From: Sedimentisphaerales bacterium
GTDB lineage: Bacteria; Planctomycetota; Phycisphaerae; Sedimentisphaerales; SM23-30
Direction: 5' to 3' (one strand)
Assembly (NCBI GenBank): GCA_963666285.1
Contig: OY762711.1
Length of the DNA stretch: 64,000 bases
This document shows, in pieces, positions 10,286-21,417 of this stretch. The notes under the pieces are model-generated. The model was not told the origin of the DNA. It made no database searches and saw only the letters and a list, made by a program, of their open reading frames with translations. A program made the translations under genes and the position numbers. Numbering within the stretch: position 1 is the first letter of the stretch; every line of letters starts with the position of its first letter.

Positions 10286-10861
10286 TTATTCGGCTTTTTC
10301 CTGCTCTTCTGCAGTATCTTCAGCCGGAGCATCTTCTACTGGTGCTTCGTCAGCTGGGGCTTCCTGCTCGGCAGGAGCCTCTTCAGCAGCTGGAGCGGCA
10401 TCTGATACTACAGGTGCTTCTTCTTTTGCTGGTTTAGACTTCTTAGCTTTAGGACCGGTATATTCACCGACCAACTGAAGCAGACATAGCTCACCATTGT
10501 CACCAATTCGCCGATATGGTAGCCTTACGATTCGGGTATAACCACCCGGACGTTCCTTCATTAGAGGGCCGATCTCAGCAAAAAGTTTGGCAATCACCGT
10601 TGTCTCTTTAACTACATCACCATCTTTTTCTACACAGATATTTCTATCCTGCAGTAAAGATATGGCACGACGTCTGGCATGCAGATCGCCTTTCTTGGCC
10701 AATGTGATAAGCTTTTCAGCAAAAGGACGAACAAATTTGGCTTTTTCGATAGTGGTCGAGATTGTACCGTGTTCAAAAAGGGAAGCTGCCAAATTCCGTC
10801 TCAAAGCGGTACGGTGTGCACTTGTACGATTTAAATGTTTACCTGCGCGTTGATGACGCAT
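10286..10861 (-). CDS. rplQ: 50S ribosomal protein bL17 with acidic Ala/Glu/Pro tail
   Basis: MRHQRAGKHLNRTSAHR...RPGGYTRI...RIGD. Confidence 0.98.
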   Translation of the reverse strand: MRHQRAGKHLNRTSAHRTALRRNLAASLFEHGTISTTIEKAKFVRPFAEKLITLAKKGDLHARRRAISLLQDRNICVEKDGDVVKETTVIAKLFAEIGPLMKERPGGYTRIVRLPYRRIGDNGELCLLQLVGEYTGPKAKKSKPAKEEAPVVSDAAPAAEEAPAEQEAPADEAPVEDAPAEDTAEEQEKAE

Positions 10862-10948
10862 CTAACTAACCTCATTATCTAAATTATATACTTGTTTACT
10901 CTATTACCACTTACTTAATGGTATTACATTTATTACATATCCGAAATA

Positions 10949-11971
10949 TTATTCCGGAGAAATATCATATCCTGCTACATCCAAGCCAAGGCTCAGTTCC
11001 AGCTCTTCCAGCTTACGTTTTACTTCACGTAAAGAGGTCTTGCCAAAGCTTCGCAATGCCAGCAACTGATTTTCATCCTGGCTGACTAGCTGCCCTACTG
11101 TTTCAAACTTACCCATTTCCAGGCAGTTCATAGCTCTTACTGAAAGATCAAGGGCATTTATCGGCATACGCAGTTTTCTGCTCAGCTCATCATTGGTTTC
11201 TACTGTTTCGATATCTGTATCAATATCATCATCAGTAATTTCGCCGCCTACGGCTCCTTTAACTCCAACTTCAGCATACTGAATGAACGGGCCAAGGTGC
11301 TTATGCAGAATCTTGGCTGATTCAACTAGTGCCATCTGAGGAGTCATGGTTCCATCTGTCCAGATCTCCATAACCAGGCGGTCGTAGTTGATTGCCTGAC
11401 CTACACGAGTCTCCTCGATACGATACCTTACTCGAGTTACAGGCGAGTAAATAGCATCGATTTCAATAACTTCCAGATCTTCTGGCCTGGATGGTTTATC
11501 CGCCGGTGAGATATAACCGCGACCACGCTCTACTGTCATTTCAAGGTCAAAATTTACCTCGTCAGTTAATGTCGCAATTTTATGGTCCGGGTCTATAATG
11601 GTTATAGATGCATCTGCTTCAATGTCACCGGCAGTTATATCACCGACTGTATTTTTCCGAATACGCATTGTCTTCGGCTCATCTGAATCCAGCAATATTA
11701 CCAATGTCTTGATATTCAAAATAATATCACAGGCATCTTCCAATACACCGTCCAGAGAAGCAAATTCATGGGTCGCACCTTTTAATTTGATGCTTGTAAC
11801 TGCACTACCTTCAAGTGAAGATAAAAGAATTCTTCTCAAGCTGTTTCCTAAAGTAGTTCCAAAACCACGTTCAAACGGTTCTATATAAAATACACCGTAC
11901 TTGTCTGTTGACCTTTCCAGGTCTAGTTCTACTTTTGTCGGCAGCTCTAATCCACGCCATCTTATACGCAT
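10949..11971 (-). CDS. rpoA: RNA polymerase alpha subunit
   Basis: EPFERGFGTTLGNSLRRILLSS; alpha-CTD LSVRAMNCL. Confidence 0.99.
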   Translation of the reverse strand: MRIRWRGLELPTKVELDLERSTDKYGVFYIEPFERGFGTTLGNSLRRILLSSLEGSAVTSIKLKGATHEFASLDGVLEDACDIILNIKTLVILLDSDEPKTMRIRKNTVGDITAGDIEADASITIIDPDHKIATLTDEVNFDLEMTVERGRGYISPADKPSRPEDLEVIEIDAIYSPVTRVRYRIEETRVGQAINYDRLVMEIWTDGTMTPQMALVESAKILHKHLGPFIQYAEVGVKGAVGGEITDDDIDTDIETVETNDELSRKLRMPINALDLSVRAMNCLEMGKFETVGQLVSQDENQLLALRSFGKTSLREVKRKLEELELSLGLDVAGYDISPE

Positions 11972-12151
11972 TATTCTGGCCTCCTGCTGTTAAACATTCA
12001 GTAATTTACCGGCAAACGGTATTGCTATCTGCCAGAGACAGCCTGCATGGTAAATCCTTTCTGTTAACTGCAATATGTATATCGTTACTGGAGCTATGCT
12101 CCATTATATCTGCCGTAATACCGTAAAAACTCGGCTGATATTACATTTTCA

Positions 12152-12787
12152 TTACTTAGAACAGAATTCAACAATCAGCTGTTCTTCGATTGGCAGCATA
12201 ACATGCTCTCTGCCTGGTAAGTTCACAACTATAGCTTCGGCTTTCGCTGCATCTATCTGCAGCCAGTCCTGACCGGGAAGGCCGGCACCTGATTCCAGGT
12301 GTGTCTTTACTATTGTCTGTGATTTATCTTTACTACGAACAGCAATCTTGTCGCCTGATTTCACCAGGTAGCTGGCAATATCTACTTTATGGCCGTTTAC
12401 ATAAATATGACCATGAGAGATCAACTGCCTGGCCTGCTTACGTGAGCCGCCTGAGAAGTTGAGCTTGTAGACTACATTATCAAGTCTTCTTTCCAGCAGG
12501 CATAACAAAGCTTCACCTGTATTACGCTTTTCTTTTTCTGCCATACTGAAATACTTACGAAACTGACTTTCCAGTACACCATAATAGCGTTTTACTTTTT
12601 GCTTCTCACGCAGACGAACACCATAGTCACTGCCCTTACCGCGACGCCATGAATGCATTCCCGGTACTTTGTTACGGCTCTGTGATTCTATCGCACATTT
12701 CGCACTGTCGCATCTACTACTCTTTAGATACAACTTTACGCCTTCTCGCCTACATTGACGACATGCTGGACCTGTGTTTCTTGCCAT
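12152..12787 (-). CDS. rpsD: 30S ribosomal protein uS4
   Basis: CRQCRREG...LREKQK...LERRLDNVVY. Confidence 0.99.
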   Translation of the reverse strand: MARNTGPACRQCRREGVKLYLKSSRCDSAKCAIESQSRNKVPGMHSWRRGKGSDYGVRLREKQKVKRYYGVLESQFRKYFSMAEKEKRNTGEALLCLLERRLDNVVYKLNFSGGSRKQARQLISHGHIYVNGHKVDIASYLVKSGDKIAVRSKDKSQTIVKTHLESGAGLPGQDWLQIDAAKAEAIVVNLPGREHVMLPIEEQLIVEFCSK

Positions 12788-12883
12788 TAGCTTTTTATCG
12801 CTCCTGTTTATACTAAACTAAAAATTTATTTATTCTTACAAAGCTGTAAGCCTGCACACATCTCGGTTCAAGATGAGCAATGC

Positions 12884-13276
12884 TTATACACGACGCCTCT
12901 TGCGAGGACGACAACCGTTATGAGGCAACGGAGTAACATCTTCTATTGATGTTATCTTCAGTCCTGCTGCCTGCAATGATGTTATTGCTGATTCGCGACC
13001 TGAGCCTGCGCCTTTAACCTGCACTTCAACTTCGGTCACGCCGAACTTCCTGGCAGTATTAGCACATTTCTCTGCTGCTCGCTGTGCGGCAAAAGGAGTA
13101 CTCTTACGAGATCCCTTAAAGCCGATTGTGCCGGCTGAATCTCTGCATAGAGTGTCACCGTTTACATCTGTTATTGTTACCAGCGTATTATTAAAGGTGG
13201 CTTTGATATGAGCAATACCTTTGCCAACGCCACGCCTTACATTTTTCTTCTTACCGGTTGTTCTTTTCTTAGCCAT
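12884..13276 (-). CDS. rpsK: 30S ribosomal protein uS11
   Basis: [26 protein letters not shown]. Confidence 0.99.
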   Translation of the reverse strand: MAKKRTTGKKKNVRRGVGKGIAHIKATFNNTLVTITDVNGDTLCRDSAGTIGFKGSRKSTPFAAQRAAEKCANTARKFGVTEVEVQVKGAGSGRESAITSLQAAGLKITSIEDVTPLPHNGCRPRKRRRV

Positions 13277-13438
13277 ATATTTTTCCTGTTATTGTCAACA
13301 GCATTCTTAATTATGCTTCAAAACTTTATGCTATTTACATTCTAACGACTTACTTACTAACCCGGATGACTTTCTAAATCTCTCCTGGCTGCTGCTTCTG
13401 TCGTTAGATATCAACAACAAGCAAGTCCCAAAGGCTTA

Positions 13439-13807
13439 TTAGCCCTTCTTACCTGCTACTGTCTTACGTGGACCTTTACGAGTGCGTGCATTGCTCTGAG
13501 TGTTCTGACCACGTACCGGAAGACCACGACGATGACGCAGACCACGGTAACAGGCGATTTCTTTCAATCGGGTAACATTCTGAGCTAACTGACGACGCAA
13601 ATGACCTTCAACAATATAGTCACGGTCAATTATACCCGCTATACGAGTGATTTCTTCTTCATTAAGATCTCGCGCTTTCATGTTAGGATCAACATTAGCT
13701 TCTTCAATGATCTTCTTTGAAAAATGACGACCGATACCCTGGATATAGGTCATTGCAATCCACAACGGTTTGTTATTTGGTATGTCAACACCTGCGATAC
13801 GAGGCAT
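13439..13807 (-). CDS. rpsM: 30S ribosomal protein uS13
   Basis: RIAGVDIP...[15 protein letters not shown]. Confidence 0.99.
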   Translation of the reverse strand: MPRIAGVDIPNNKPLWIAMTYIQGIGRHFSKKIIEEANVDPNMKARDLNEEEITRIAGIIDRDYIVEGHLRRQLAQNVTRLKEIACYRGLRHRRGLPVRGQNTQSNARTRKGPRKTVAGKKG

Positions 13808-13822
13808 ATTTCAAGTCTCCAG

Positions 13823-13942
13823 TTACTTACCTTGACGTTGTTTGTGACGAGGATTTGCTGAACAAATTACTCTGACAACGCCTTTACGTTTAACTATTTT
13901 ACAACTTTCACAAATTTTCTTTACTGAACTACGAACTTTCAT
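13823..13942 (-). CDS. rpmJ: 50S ribosomal protein bL36 (Zn-binding type); not in the ORF track
   Basis: Manual translation [39 protein letters not shown]. Confidence 0.98.
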   Translation of the reverse strand: MKVRSSVKKICESCKIVKRKGVVRVICSANPRHKQRQGK

Positions 13943-14002
13943 TTTTATTCACCTCAAGCAAGGTTAATTTACATCAAACAGCGAAACTTATATTACTGTT
14001 AC

Positions 14003-14218
14003 TTACTTACGAAGTACAATTCTGCCCCGTTTCAAATCGTAAGGGCTTAATTCTACAGTAACTGTATCACCAGGAAGAATACGAATAAAATGCATTCTCA
14101 TCTTCCCTGATACATGCGCCAGGATCTCATGACCGTTTTCAAGCGATACTCGAAATACCGCATTCGGTAATGCTTCCAGCACAGTAGCTTCAACTTTAAT
14201 TGCGTCTTTTTTCGCCAT
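14003..14218 (-). CDS. infA: Translation initiation factor IF-1
   Basis: [10 protein letters not shown]...[15 protein letters not shown]. Confidence 0.99.
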   Translation of the reverse strand: MAKKDAIKVEATVLEALPNAVFRVSLENGHEILAHVSGKMRMHFIRILPGDTVTVELSPYDLKRGRIVLRK

Positions 14219-14234
14219 ATAAATTCTATTTATC

Positions 14235-15011
14235 TTAATTTGCCAGTGTCAGTACTTCACATCCACTGTTAGTAATCGCTATCGTATGCTCAAAGTGCGC
14301 TGATGTTTTTCCATCGGCAGTGACAACTGTCCAGCCGTCATCTAAGGTTCTGCACTTCCAGGTACCTGCATTTACCATTGGCTCTATCGCAAGTACCATA
14401 CCTTTTCTCAATAGTAAGTCGTTTCTTAATAATGACTTATCTACAAAGTTAGGTATTTTCGGATCTTCGTGCATCTCTCGGCCAATGCCATGGCCGACAT
14501 AATCACGAACTACTCCGAATCCGGCATCCTCGGCATGCTTTTGCATCTTGCCGGCTATTTCGCTCCATAATACTCCTGGGCGACATTCTTTTACTGCTAT
14601 ATCCAAAACGCCGGAGGTTATTTCCAACAGCTTCGTTTTTTCTTCTGATACCTGGCCTACAGCTAATGTTACTGCTGCGTCACCACAATATCCTTTTAAT
14701 TTTGTTCCGCAGTCAATGCTTATTATATCGCCATCCTGCAAAACTCTTTCACCTGGTATGCCATGTACAACTTCTTCGTTGACACTGGCACAAATACTCG
14801 CCGGAAAATCCGGATATCCCGGACACGGCACACCTTTGAACAATGCTATTGCTCCGGATCGTTCGATTATTTCATCGCTGATCCGAGCCATCTCACCTGT
14901 TGTCAGGCCAGGTTTAACTATCTCTCGGAAATGAGCCAGAACTTCACCGACTATTCTGCCGGCATCTTTCATTTTGACTATTTCTCTATCAGTCTTAATT
15001 GCTATTGCCAT
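14235..15011 (-). CDS. map: Type I methionine aminopeptidase
   Basis: [34 protein letters not shown]. Confidence 0.98.
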   Translation of the reverse strand: MAIAIKTDREIVKMKDAGRIVGEVLAHFREIVKPGLTTGEMARISDEIIERSGAIALFKGVPCPGYPDFPASICASVNEEVVHGIPGERVLQDGDIISIDCGTKLKGYCGDAAVTLAVGQVSEEKTKLLEITSGVLDIAVKECRPGVLWSEIAGKMQKHAEDAGFGVVRDYVGHGIGREMHEDPKIPNFVDKSLLRNDLLLRKGMVLAIEPMVNAGTWKCRTLDDGWTVVTADGKTSAHFEHTIAITNSGCEVLTLAN

Positions 15012-15021
15012 TATTTAAGGC

Positions 15022-15675
15022 CTAGCCTTTTACTTCATCTAAAACTGCTTTCAAAGAAGCTGTTACTTCTTCAATCGCTACGTTTCCATTTACTGCTTTT
15101 ACATTACCCTGCTTGCTGTAGTATTCTACCAGCGGAGCTGTTTGAGCATGATAAGTATTAATTCTGTTCTGAACTGTCTCGGCTGTATCGTCTGCACGCT
15201 GTGTTAATTCACCACAGCCGTTATCACACTGATTCTCAACCTTAGGAGGTATATATTTAATGTGATAAGCTGCACCGCATTTCAAACAGCTGCGACGTCC
15301 GCAAACGCGTTCTTCCAGCAGACTGTCATCTACCTGCAGATTCAAAACTACATCTATTTTCTTACCGGCTGCTGTTAGTGCCTTATCCAGTTCTTCTGCC
15401 TGGCCGGTTGTACGAGGGAAACCGTCAAATACAAAACCACTTACATCACCGCAAGCATCAATTTCCTTCATCATCATAGCAACAATCAGATCATCAGGTA
15501 CCAATTGTCCGCTATCCATATACTTCTGAGCTTCATTACCCAAATCTGTGCCTTCTTTTCTTTCACGACGAAGGATATCGCCGCTTGAAAGATGTTTCAA
15601 ACCATAGTTTTCAACTATATATGCACACTGGGTACCTTTACCTGCTCCGGGAGGGCCTAAAAATACTACTATCAT
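15022..15675 (-). CDS. adk: Adenylate kinase
   Basis: GPPGAGKGTQ, DGFPRT, Zn-type LID domain. Confidence 0.98.
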   Translation of the reverse strand: MIVVFLGPPGAGKGTQCAYIVENYGLKHLSSGDILRRERKEGTDLGNEAQKYMDSGQLVPDDLIVAMMMKEIDACGDVSGFVFDGFPRTTGQAEELDKALTAAGKKIDVVLNLQVDDSLLEERVCGRRSCLKCGAAYHIKYIPPKVENQCDNGCGELTQRADDTAETVQNRINTYHAQTAPLVEYYSKQGNVKAVNGNVAIEEVTASLKAVLDEVKG

Positions 15676-17018
15676 TATCTAGCTCCTTTAATTTTTCCGC
15701 TATCCATAAAGCCGGAATAATTTCTCATCATGAGATTAGTTTCTATTCGCTGTACCAGGTCAAGAGAAACAGATACAACGATCAGTAATCCAGTCCCCCC
15801 GAGGAAATTCGCTATCATAAAATTGACATCAAGGCCAACTATTATCAATGTCGGTACTACCGCAATCAGAGCCAAAAAGCCGGCACCTGCATATGTTATA
15901 CGAGTTACAACCTTTTCCAGGTATTCTGCGGTTCGACGTCCAGGTCTTAAACCTGGTATAAATGCTCCCTGATCTCTCAGGTTATTTGCTATCTCTTTAG
16001 GCTGGAACTGTACTGTTGTCCAGAAGAAAGCAAAGAAGAAAATCAACGCTATATAGCACATATTATATACAAACGCTCGCTGTGAAAAACAATTTTCCAG
16101 GGTACGCCAGATCTGTACATCAAAGGTCTTTGCCAGCTGGCTGAACAGTACTCTAGGCATCTGCATTAGTGTTACAGCAAAGATAATTGGGATTACACCA
16201 CCCTGGTTAACTCTCAAAGGCAGATACTGACGCTGGCCGCCATATACTTTTCTGCCGCGAGTCATTCTTGCCTGTTGAATCGGGATACGACGCTGCCCCT
16301 GAGTAATCAGGATAGAGCCCGCAATTACCGCGATAAAAGCTAGTACCAGTACTGGAATCTTTTCAGCACCAATTACTTTTTCATTTACATCTCTTACTAA
16401 CTGGCCGATTGCCCATGGGAATCTGGACAAAATACCTGCCATAATTATAAGACTTATTCCATTTCCTATTCCATATTCATCAATCTGTTCACCCAGCCAC
16501 ATCAAAAATACTGTTCCGGCTGTCATACCGGCGACACCCATGATTGTGAACATCATATTGTTTTCTAATGCTATTTCAGGATATACAAAGCCGCTTCTTT
16601 TTAGCCAGACCATAATAAATGATGCCTGAAGTACACAAAGACCTACTGCTGCATATCTTGTGTATTCCTGGATCTTTTTACGACCGGATGCACCTTCTTT
16701 AGCCAGTCTTTCCAGTGATGGAACTACTGTTGCCAACAGCTGAAAAATAATTGAAGCTGAAATATAAGGCATAATACCCAGACCAAACAATGAACTCTGG
16801 GTGAGCATACCACCTGTAAACATTGACAGGTAATTTGCCGCCTGCTGCAACGGGTTATCTCCACTATCGCCGCCAAATATCTTGGCCATAGCTTCCTGAT
16901 TTACTCCCGGCAGCGGGATATGAAAACCAACTCGATATATTGCCAGAAGCATTAGCGTAAAAAGTATCTTTTTACGCAATTCCGGGACTTTAAATATATT
17001 TACAAATGTAGAAATCAT
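15675..17018 (-). CDS. secY: Preprotein translocase SecY
   Basis: LGIMPYISASII, WLGEQIDEYGIGNGISL, IPGLRPG. Confidence 0.99.
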   Translation of the reverse strand: MISTFVNIFKVPELRKKILFTLMLLAIYRVGFHIPLPGVNQEAMAKIFGGDSGDNPLQQAANYLSMFTGGMLTQSSLFGLGIMPYISASIIFQLLATVVPSLERLAKEGASGRKKIQEYTRYAAVGLCVLQASFIMVWLKRSGFVYPEIALENNMMFTIMGVAGMTAGTVFLMWLGEQIDEYGIGNGISLIIMAGILSRFPWAIGQLVRDVNEKVIGAEKIPVLVLAFIAVIAGSILITQGQRRIPIQQARMTRGRKVYGGQRQYLPLRVNQGGVIPIIFAVTLMQMPRVLFSQLAKTFDVQIWRTLENCFSQRAFVYNMCYIALIFFFAFFWTTVQFQPKEIANNLRDQGAFIPGLRPGRRTAEYLEKVVTRITYAGAGFLALIAVVPTLIIVGLDVNFMIANFLGGTGLLIVVSVSLDLVQRIETNLMMRNYSGFMDSGKIKGAR

Positions 17019-17045
17019 TTCGCTCTATGCCTTCCATGTATCTTT

Positions 17046-17492
17046 CTACGATACCAGTTCCACCTTACCGCCAGCTCCGGCAATCTTCTGCTCTGCCGAA
17101 CGACTGAACTTATTTGCAACCACAGTCAATTTCCTTGTTAGTTCGCCACTTCCCAGTATTTTCACTGGCAAATCTGAACTGCGTATCAAACCGGCTTTTG
17201 AAAGTACTTCAGCATTAATTGTTGCACCTTCATCAAAACGATCTAACTGTGATATATTTACAATTGCATAACGTCTGGCAAAATTAGCATTATTAAATCC
17301 GCGTTTCGGTAAACGACGGAACAGAGGCATCTGTCCACCTTCGCTCACGATTGGCAGATTAGGACCAGCATTGGCCTTCTGTCCTTTGTGACCACGTCCG
17401 GCTGTCTTGCCCAGTCCGCTTCCCTGGCCTCGGCCAAGACGACGACGTGCTTTATGCTTTCCTACCAGCGATGTAATCTCATGATTCATCAT
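17046..17492 (-). CDS. rplO: 50S ribosomal protein uL15
   Basis: GRGQGSGLGKTAGRGHKGQ; EGGQMPLFRRLPKRGF. Confidence 0.99.
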   Translation of the reverse strand: MMNHEITSLVGKHKARRRLGRGQGSGLGKTAGRGHKGQKANAGPNLPIVSEGGQMPLFRRLPKRGFNNANFARRYAIVNISQLDRFDEGATINAEVLSKAGLIRSSDLPVKILGSGELTRKLTVVANKFSRSAEQKIAGAGGKVELVS

Positions 17493-17512
17493 GGCTTGTC
17501 TAATTCCTTAAT

Positions 17513-18016
17513 TTATGCAGATATTGTTACTCCGCGAAGCTTTTCAATGTCTTCACGGCTTTTTAACGACAACAAGGCATTCATGGTAGCCTTTACAACA
17601 TTCCTTGGATTTGTACTTCCGTAAATCTTACTCAGTACATCATGCACTCCGGCAAGCTCCAATACTGGACGAGCTGAACCGCCAGCAATAACACCGGTAC
17701 CTGGGTCTGCTGGGATCAGTACAATTTGGGTTGAGCCGAATCGTCCTGTTACCTGATGCGGAATTGTGTTTCCTTCCAGGTTAACTTTATTTAAGGACTT
17801 ACGACCTTCTTTTATTGCTTTTTCGACTGATGGCGGTACTTCATTTGCTTTTCCATAGCCAAATCCCACCTCGCCGTTACGATTGCCAACAACTACTAGT
17901 GCGGCAAAGCTGAAATTCCTTCCACCTTTTACCACCTTGGAACAGCGAAAAATCTTCACTACCTGTTCTTCAAGGCCTGAGCTGTTTTCTTCAATATTTC
18001 GTGCTGCCTGAGCCAC
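17513..18016 (-). CDS. rpsE: 30S ribosomal protein uS5
   Basis: KVVKGGRNFSFAALVVVG. Confidence 0.99.
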   Translation of the reverse strand: MAQAARNIEENSSGLEEQVVKIFRCSKVVKGGRNFSFAALVVVGNRNGEVGFGYGKANEVPPSVEKAIKEGRKSLNKVNLEGNTIPHQVTGRFGSTQIVLIPADPGTGVIAGGSARPVLELAGVHDVLSKIYGSTNPRNVVKATMNALLSLKSREDIEKLRGVTISA

Positions 18017-18046
18017 GTGCTATCTCCAAATATCTACAGGTTAAAA

Positions 18047-18412
18047 TTAAAATACCAAACCAGCTTCTCTTGCGGCATCTGCAAGAGCTTTTACTCGGCC
18101 ATGGTACTTATAACCGTTACGATCAAAACGTACTTGACGAATGCCTATTTCCTGTGCCTTACGGGCTAATGCTTCACCTATCTTGGCTGCCGCATCTTTG
18201 TTGCCCTTTGTCTTTGCGCCGTCTACGTCAACATTCATTGTTGATGCTGATACCAGTGTGCAACCGGCTTCATCATCAATTATCTGTGCGTACATATGAC
18301 GTAAAGAACGGAACACTGTCAAACGAGGATTTTGAGCATCACCGCTGATCTTTTTACGGACTCTCAACTTCCTGCGTTGCCATTTCTTATTCTTAAACTT
18401 AGTCTTATCCAT
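18047..18412 (-). CDS. rplR: 50S ribosomal protein uL18
   Basis: PRLTVFRS...[21 protein letters not shown]. Confidence 0.99.
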   Translation of the reverse strand: MDKTKFKNKKWQRRKLRVRKKISGDAQNPRLTVFRSLRHMYAQIIDDEAGCTLVSASTMNVDVDGAKTKGNKDAAAKIGEALARKAQEIGIRQVRFDRNGYKYHGRVKALADAAREAGLVF

Positions 18413-18463
18413 CGCTTTATTCCAGCTAACTTTGTTATATTTTCTAGCTTACTATGCTATTGT

Positions 18464-19033
18464 TTACTTACCAAACGCTTTACCAACCTTGCGGACAATA
18501 CGCTCACCTTTATAGCGAATGCCTTTACCCTGGTATGGCTCTGGCGGACGAACTTTCTTACACTTCGCGGCAAACTGGCCTACTGCCTGCTTATCTGGTC
18601 CGCTGATTGAAAATGCTGCTGGTGTATCATTACCACGAGCATTTGGAGTTGTTATTTCAACTGTTACTCCGGCAGGTACTTCCAGCTTAAATGGCTTGGC
18701 TGTACCAACTGTAAGTTCGATATCTTTTCCAGCCTGTTTGACGCCGTAACCGGTACCGTATACTTCCAGCTCTTTCTTATAACCTTTTGATACACCTTCT
18801 ATCATATTGGCAATCAAAGCCCTGGTTGTGCCATGAAGTGATCTGGACAGACGTTCATCATCTACTCTTGTTACCAGAATCTGTTTGCCTTCAGAATCAT
18901 ATTCAACTTTTACTTTTACATGAGCTTCCCAGGTCAAAGTTGCAGTTGATGAAGCTACCTTGATCAACTGACCTTTAACTTCTACTGTTACTCCTGCTGG
19001 TACTTCTATTGGTTGTTTTCCTATACGACTCAT
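18464..19033 (-). CDS. rplF: 50S ribosomal protein uL6
   Basis: Start MSRIGKQP at 19033; RPPEPYQGKGIRY. Confidence 0.98.
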   Translation of the reverse strand: MSRIGKQPIEVPAGVTVEVKGQLIKVASSTATLTWEAHVKVKVEYDSEGKQILVTRVDDERLSRSLHGTTRALIANMIEGVSKGYKKELEVYGTGYGVKQAGKDIELTVGTAKPFKLEVPAGVTVEITTPNARGNDTPAAFSISGPDKQAVGQFAAKCKKVRPPEPYQGKGIRYKGERIVRKVGKAFGK

Positions 19034-19072
19034 ATCTAAATATTCCAAATTAATCGTTTATTGTTTCGATTT

Positions 19073-19474
19073 TTAACATACTGTACATAGTAGTTCGCCG
19101 CCGACTTTTTCCTGTCGACATTGTGCATCGCTCATTACGCCTTTATTAGTGCTTACTATTCCTATTCCCAGACCGCCCATTACTTTAGGCATGTCTGCTA
19201 CTGAAAAGTAAACTCGGCATGATGGCTTGCTGATTCTTTTGATCTCGTTTATAACCTTTTCGCCCAGCACACCATATTTCAAGGTGATTCGCAGATCTGG
19301 CTGCTTGTTACTGGTTTCGATTATGTCAAAATCTTCGATATACCCCTGGTCTTTTAGCACTTTCGCAATACCCTGGCATACTTTTGATGACCTTACTGTC
19401 ACATTTGAATGCTCAATTCGTACTGCGTTGCGAATTCTTGTCAGCATATCTGATATTGGATCACAATGACTCAT
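19073..19474 (-). CDS. rpsH: 30S ribosomal protein uS8
   Basis: DPISDMLTRIRNA; STNKGVM. Confidence 0.99.
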   Translation of the reverse strand: MSHCDPISDMLTRIRNAVRIEHSNVTVRSSKVCQGIAKVLKDQGYIEDFDIIETSNKQPDLRITLKYGVLGEKVINEIKRISKPSCRVYFSVADMPKVMGGLGIGIVSTNKGVMSDAQCRQEKVGGELLCTVC

Positions 19475-19578
19475 ATTTATCTTACTCCAAAGTCAGGTCT
19501 ATTACCTTAATTCAAACCTTGTCATTATATTGATATCCGGCTTTTTCAGTTTACCGGCGATATTATCTCTCGTGGCTT

Positions 19579-19764
19579 TTACCAACTTGCCTTTTTAACA
19601 CCCGGTATCTTGCCTTCACTTGCAAGATTACGGAAACAGATTCGGCATATCTTGAACTTACGATATACTGCTCTTGGTCTGCCGCATAGCTGGCAGCGGG
19701 TGTAACTGCGAACCTTAAATTTAGGTGTTGCTTCAGCTTTATTTCTTAATGCCTTACTAGCCAT
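19579..19764 (-). CDS. rpsN: 30S ribosomal protein uS14 (Zn-binding type Z)
   Basis: RCQLCGRPR...ICRICFR...IPGVKKASW. Confidence 0.98.
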   Translation of the reverse strand: MASKALRNKAEATPKFKVRSYTRCQLCGRPRAVYRKFKICRICFRNLASEGKIPGVKKASW

Positions 19765-19825
19765 AAACGCCTCTATAAACTTTGTTTAATTTCTTTATCT
19801 TGTAAACCGCTATTTAGCTTCTACT

Positions 19826-20380
19826 TTACTGATTGTCATTCTTGCCCCGGAACGGCATTCCAAACAAACCAAGCATTTTTCGTGCTTCGTCATCTGTCTT
19901 TGCTGATGTTACCATGGCAATATTCATTCCCTGAACCTTTGTGATACTGTCTGGATCTACTTCAGGAAATACAGTCTGTTCTGTCAAACCCATACTGTAA
20001 TTACCGCGACCGTCAAAACCTTTTGGATTCAATCCACGGAAGTCACGTACACGAGGTATTGTCAGTGAAATCAATCTGTCCAAAAACTCGTACATCATTG
20101 GACCGCGTAATGTGACCTTACAGCCTACCGGCATGCCTTCACGAAGCTTAAAGTTAGATACGCTCTTTTTAGCAGGGCATACCTGGGGCTTCTGACCGGT
20201 GATTGTAGTCATATCCTTGACTGCTCCCTCGACAAGTTTCTTGTCACGAGAACCTTCACCAACACCCATTGATACTACTATCTTTTCCAGCTTAGGTATC
20301 ATCATTGGGTTTTTATAGTTATACTCTTCGCTTAGCTTTTTGCGAATTTCTGATTTATATAATGCTTCCAGTCGGGTCAT
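19826..20380 (-). CDS. rplE: 50S ribosomal protein uL5
   Basis: PRVRDFRG...FDGRGNY. Confidence 0.99.
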   Translation of the reverse strand: MTRLEALYKSEIRKKLSEEYNYKNPMMIPKLEKIVVSMGVGEGSRDKKLVEGAVKDMTTITGQKPQVCPAKKSVSNFKLREGMPVGCKVTLRGPMMYEFLDRLISLTIPRVRDFRGLNPKGFDGRGNYSMGLTEQTVFPEVDPDSITKVQGMNIAMVTSAKTDDEARKMLGLFGMPFRGKNDNQ

Positions 20381-20396
20381 CTTAATTTAACCTTAT

Positions 20397-20708
20397 TTAA
20401 TCTATTTGGTTACCAGAAACTGATACTCTTACTTTTTTACCTTTTACAACTTTATAACCTACACGGGTTGGCTTACCGGCTTTTGTGTCGATTGGCATTA
20501 CCTTGCTTATATGGATTGCTTTCTCTACACGAAGTCTGCCGCCCTGTGGATTCATCTGGGTTGGCCTTACATGCTTGGTGACTACATTAACGCCCTGAAC
20601 TACTACTTGTTCTTTTTCTGCGTTAACACTTAGTACTTTTGCCCTGGTGCCTTTACTTTCACCTGACATTACCATTACTGTATCGCCTTTTTTGATACGC
20701 TGTGCCAT
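20397..20708 (-). CDS. rplX: 50S ribosomal protein uL24
   Basis: IKKGDTVMVMSG KOW motif; position in the spc operon. Confidence 0.98.
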   Translation of the reverse strand: MAQRIKKGDTVMVMSGESKGTRAKVLSVNAEKEQVVVQGVNVVTKHVRPTQMNPQGGRLRVEKAIHISKVMPIDTKAGKPTRVGYKVVKGKKVRVSVSGNQID

Positions 20709-20709
20709 A

Positions 20710-21096
20710 TCACACCACCTCCGATGCTAGTGAAATAATTTTCATGAAATTCTTTTCACGTAACTCACGTGCTACCGCACCAAAAATACGTGTTCCCATC
20801 GGGTTGCCATTATCATCTATAAGTATACCGGCATTACTATCAAATCTTACATAGCTGCCGTCCGGACGACGGACCGGGTACTTACTGCGAATGATTACGC
20901 AACGATATACTTTCTTCGGATCAAGATTAGATGTAGGCAATTGTTTCTTTATTGCTACCTTTATCACATCACCTATTGTCGCGGTTTTTCGTGTCTTCTT
21001 TCCGCGGGCAGTACTGCCGCCCAATACACGGATACACATTGCTTCGCGGGCACCTGTATTGTCGGCAATATCTATTATTGTTTCCTGCTGTATCAT
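20710..21096 (-). CDS. rplN: 50S ribosomal protein uL14
   Basis: ADNTGA...GTRIFGAVAREL. Confidence 0.99.
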   Translation of the reverse strand: MIQQETIIDIADNTGAREAMCIRVLGGSTARGKKTRKTATIGDVIKVAIKKQLPTSNLDPKKVYRCVIIRSKYPVRRPDGSYVRFDSNAGILIDDNGNPMGTRIFGAVARELREKNFMKIISLASEVV

Positions 21097-21137
21097 CAGT
21101 TAATTCCTGTATATTTATCGATACTGATTCCGGGTTA

Positions 21138-21407
21138 TTAACCTTCAATTACTCTTACGAGTCTCCAGAATTTCGTTTTACTCATCGGACGGCACTTGGC
21201 AATATCTACTGTATCGCCTGGCTTGGCTGTATTCAGCTCATCATGCACATGAGCAACTGTTGTTCTTTTTAATCTCTTGCCGTATTTTGGATGTTTCACC
21301 ATATAGTCCAAGAGAACCTTAACAGTTTTGTCGCCTGATTTGCTGCTCACTGTTCCGCGGTAAGTTTTAAGTTTTTTGCGTTCGTTTGTCGCCATTACTT
21401 TTTCCAT
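21138..21407 (-). CDS. rpsQ: 30S ribosomal protein uS17
   Basis: HPKYGK...HDE...CRPMSKTK. Confidence 0.98.
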   Translation of the reverse strand: MEKVMATNERKKLKTYRGTVSSKSGDKTVKVLLDYMVKHPKYGKRLKRTTVAHVHDELNTAKPGDTVDIAKCRPMSKTKFWRLVRVIEG

Positions 21408-21417
21408 TCAAAACTTG

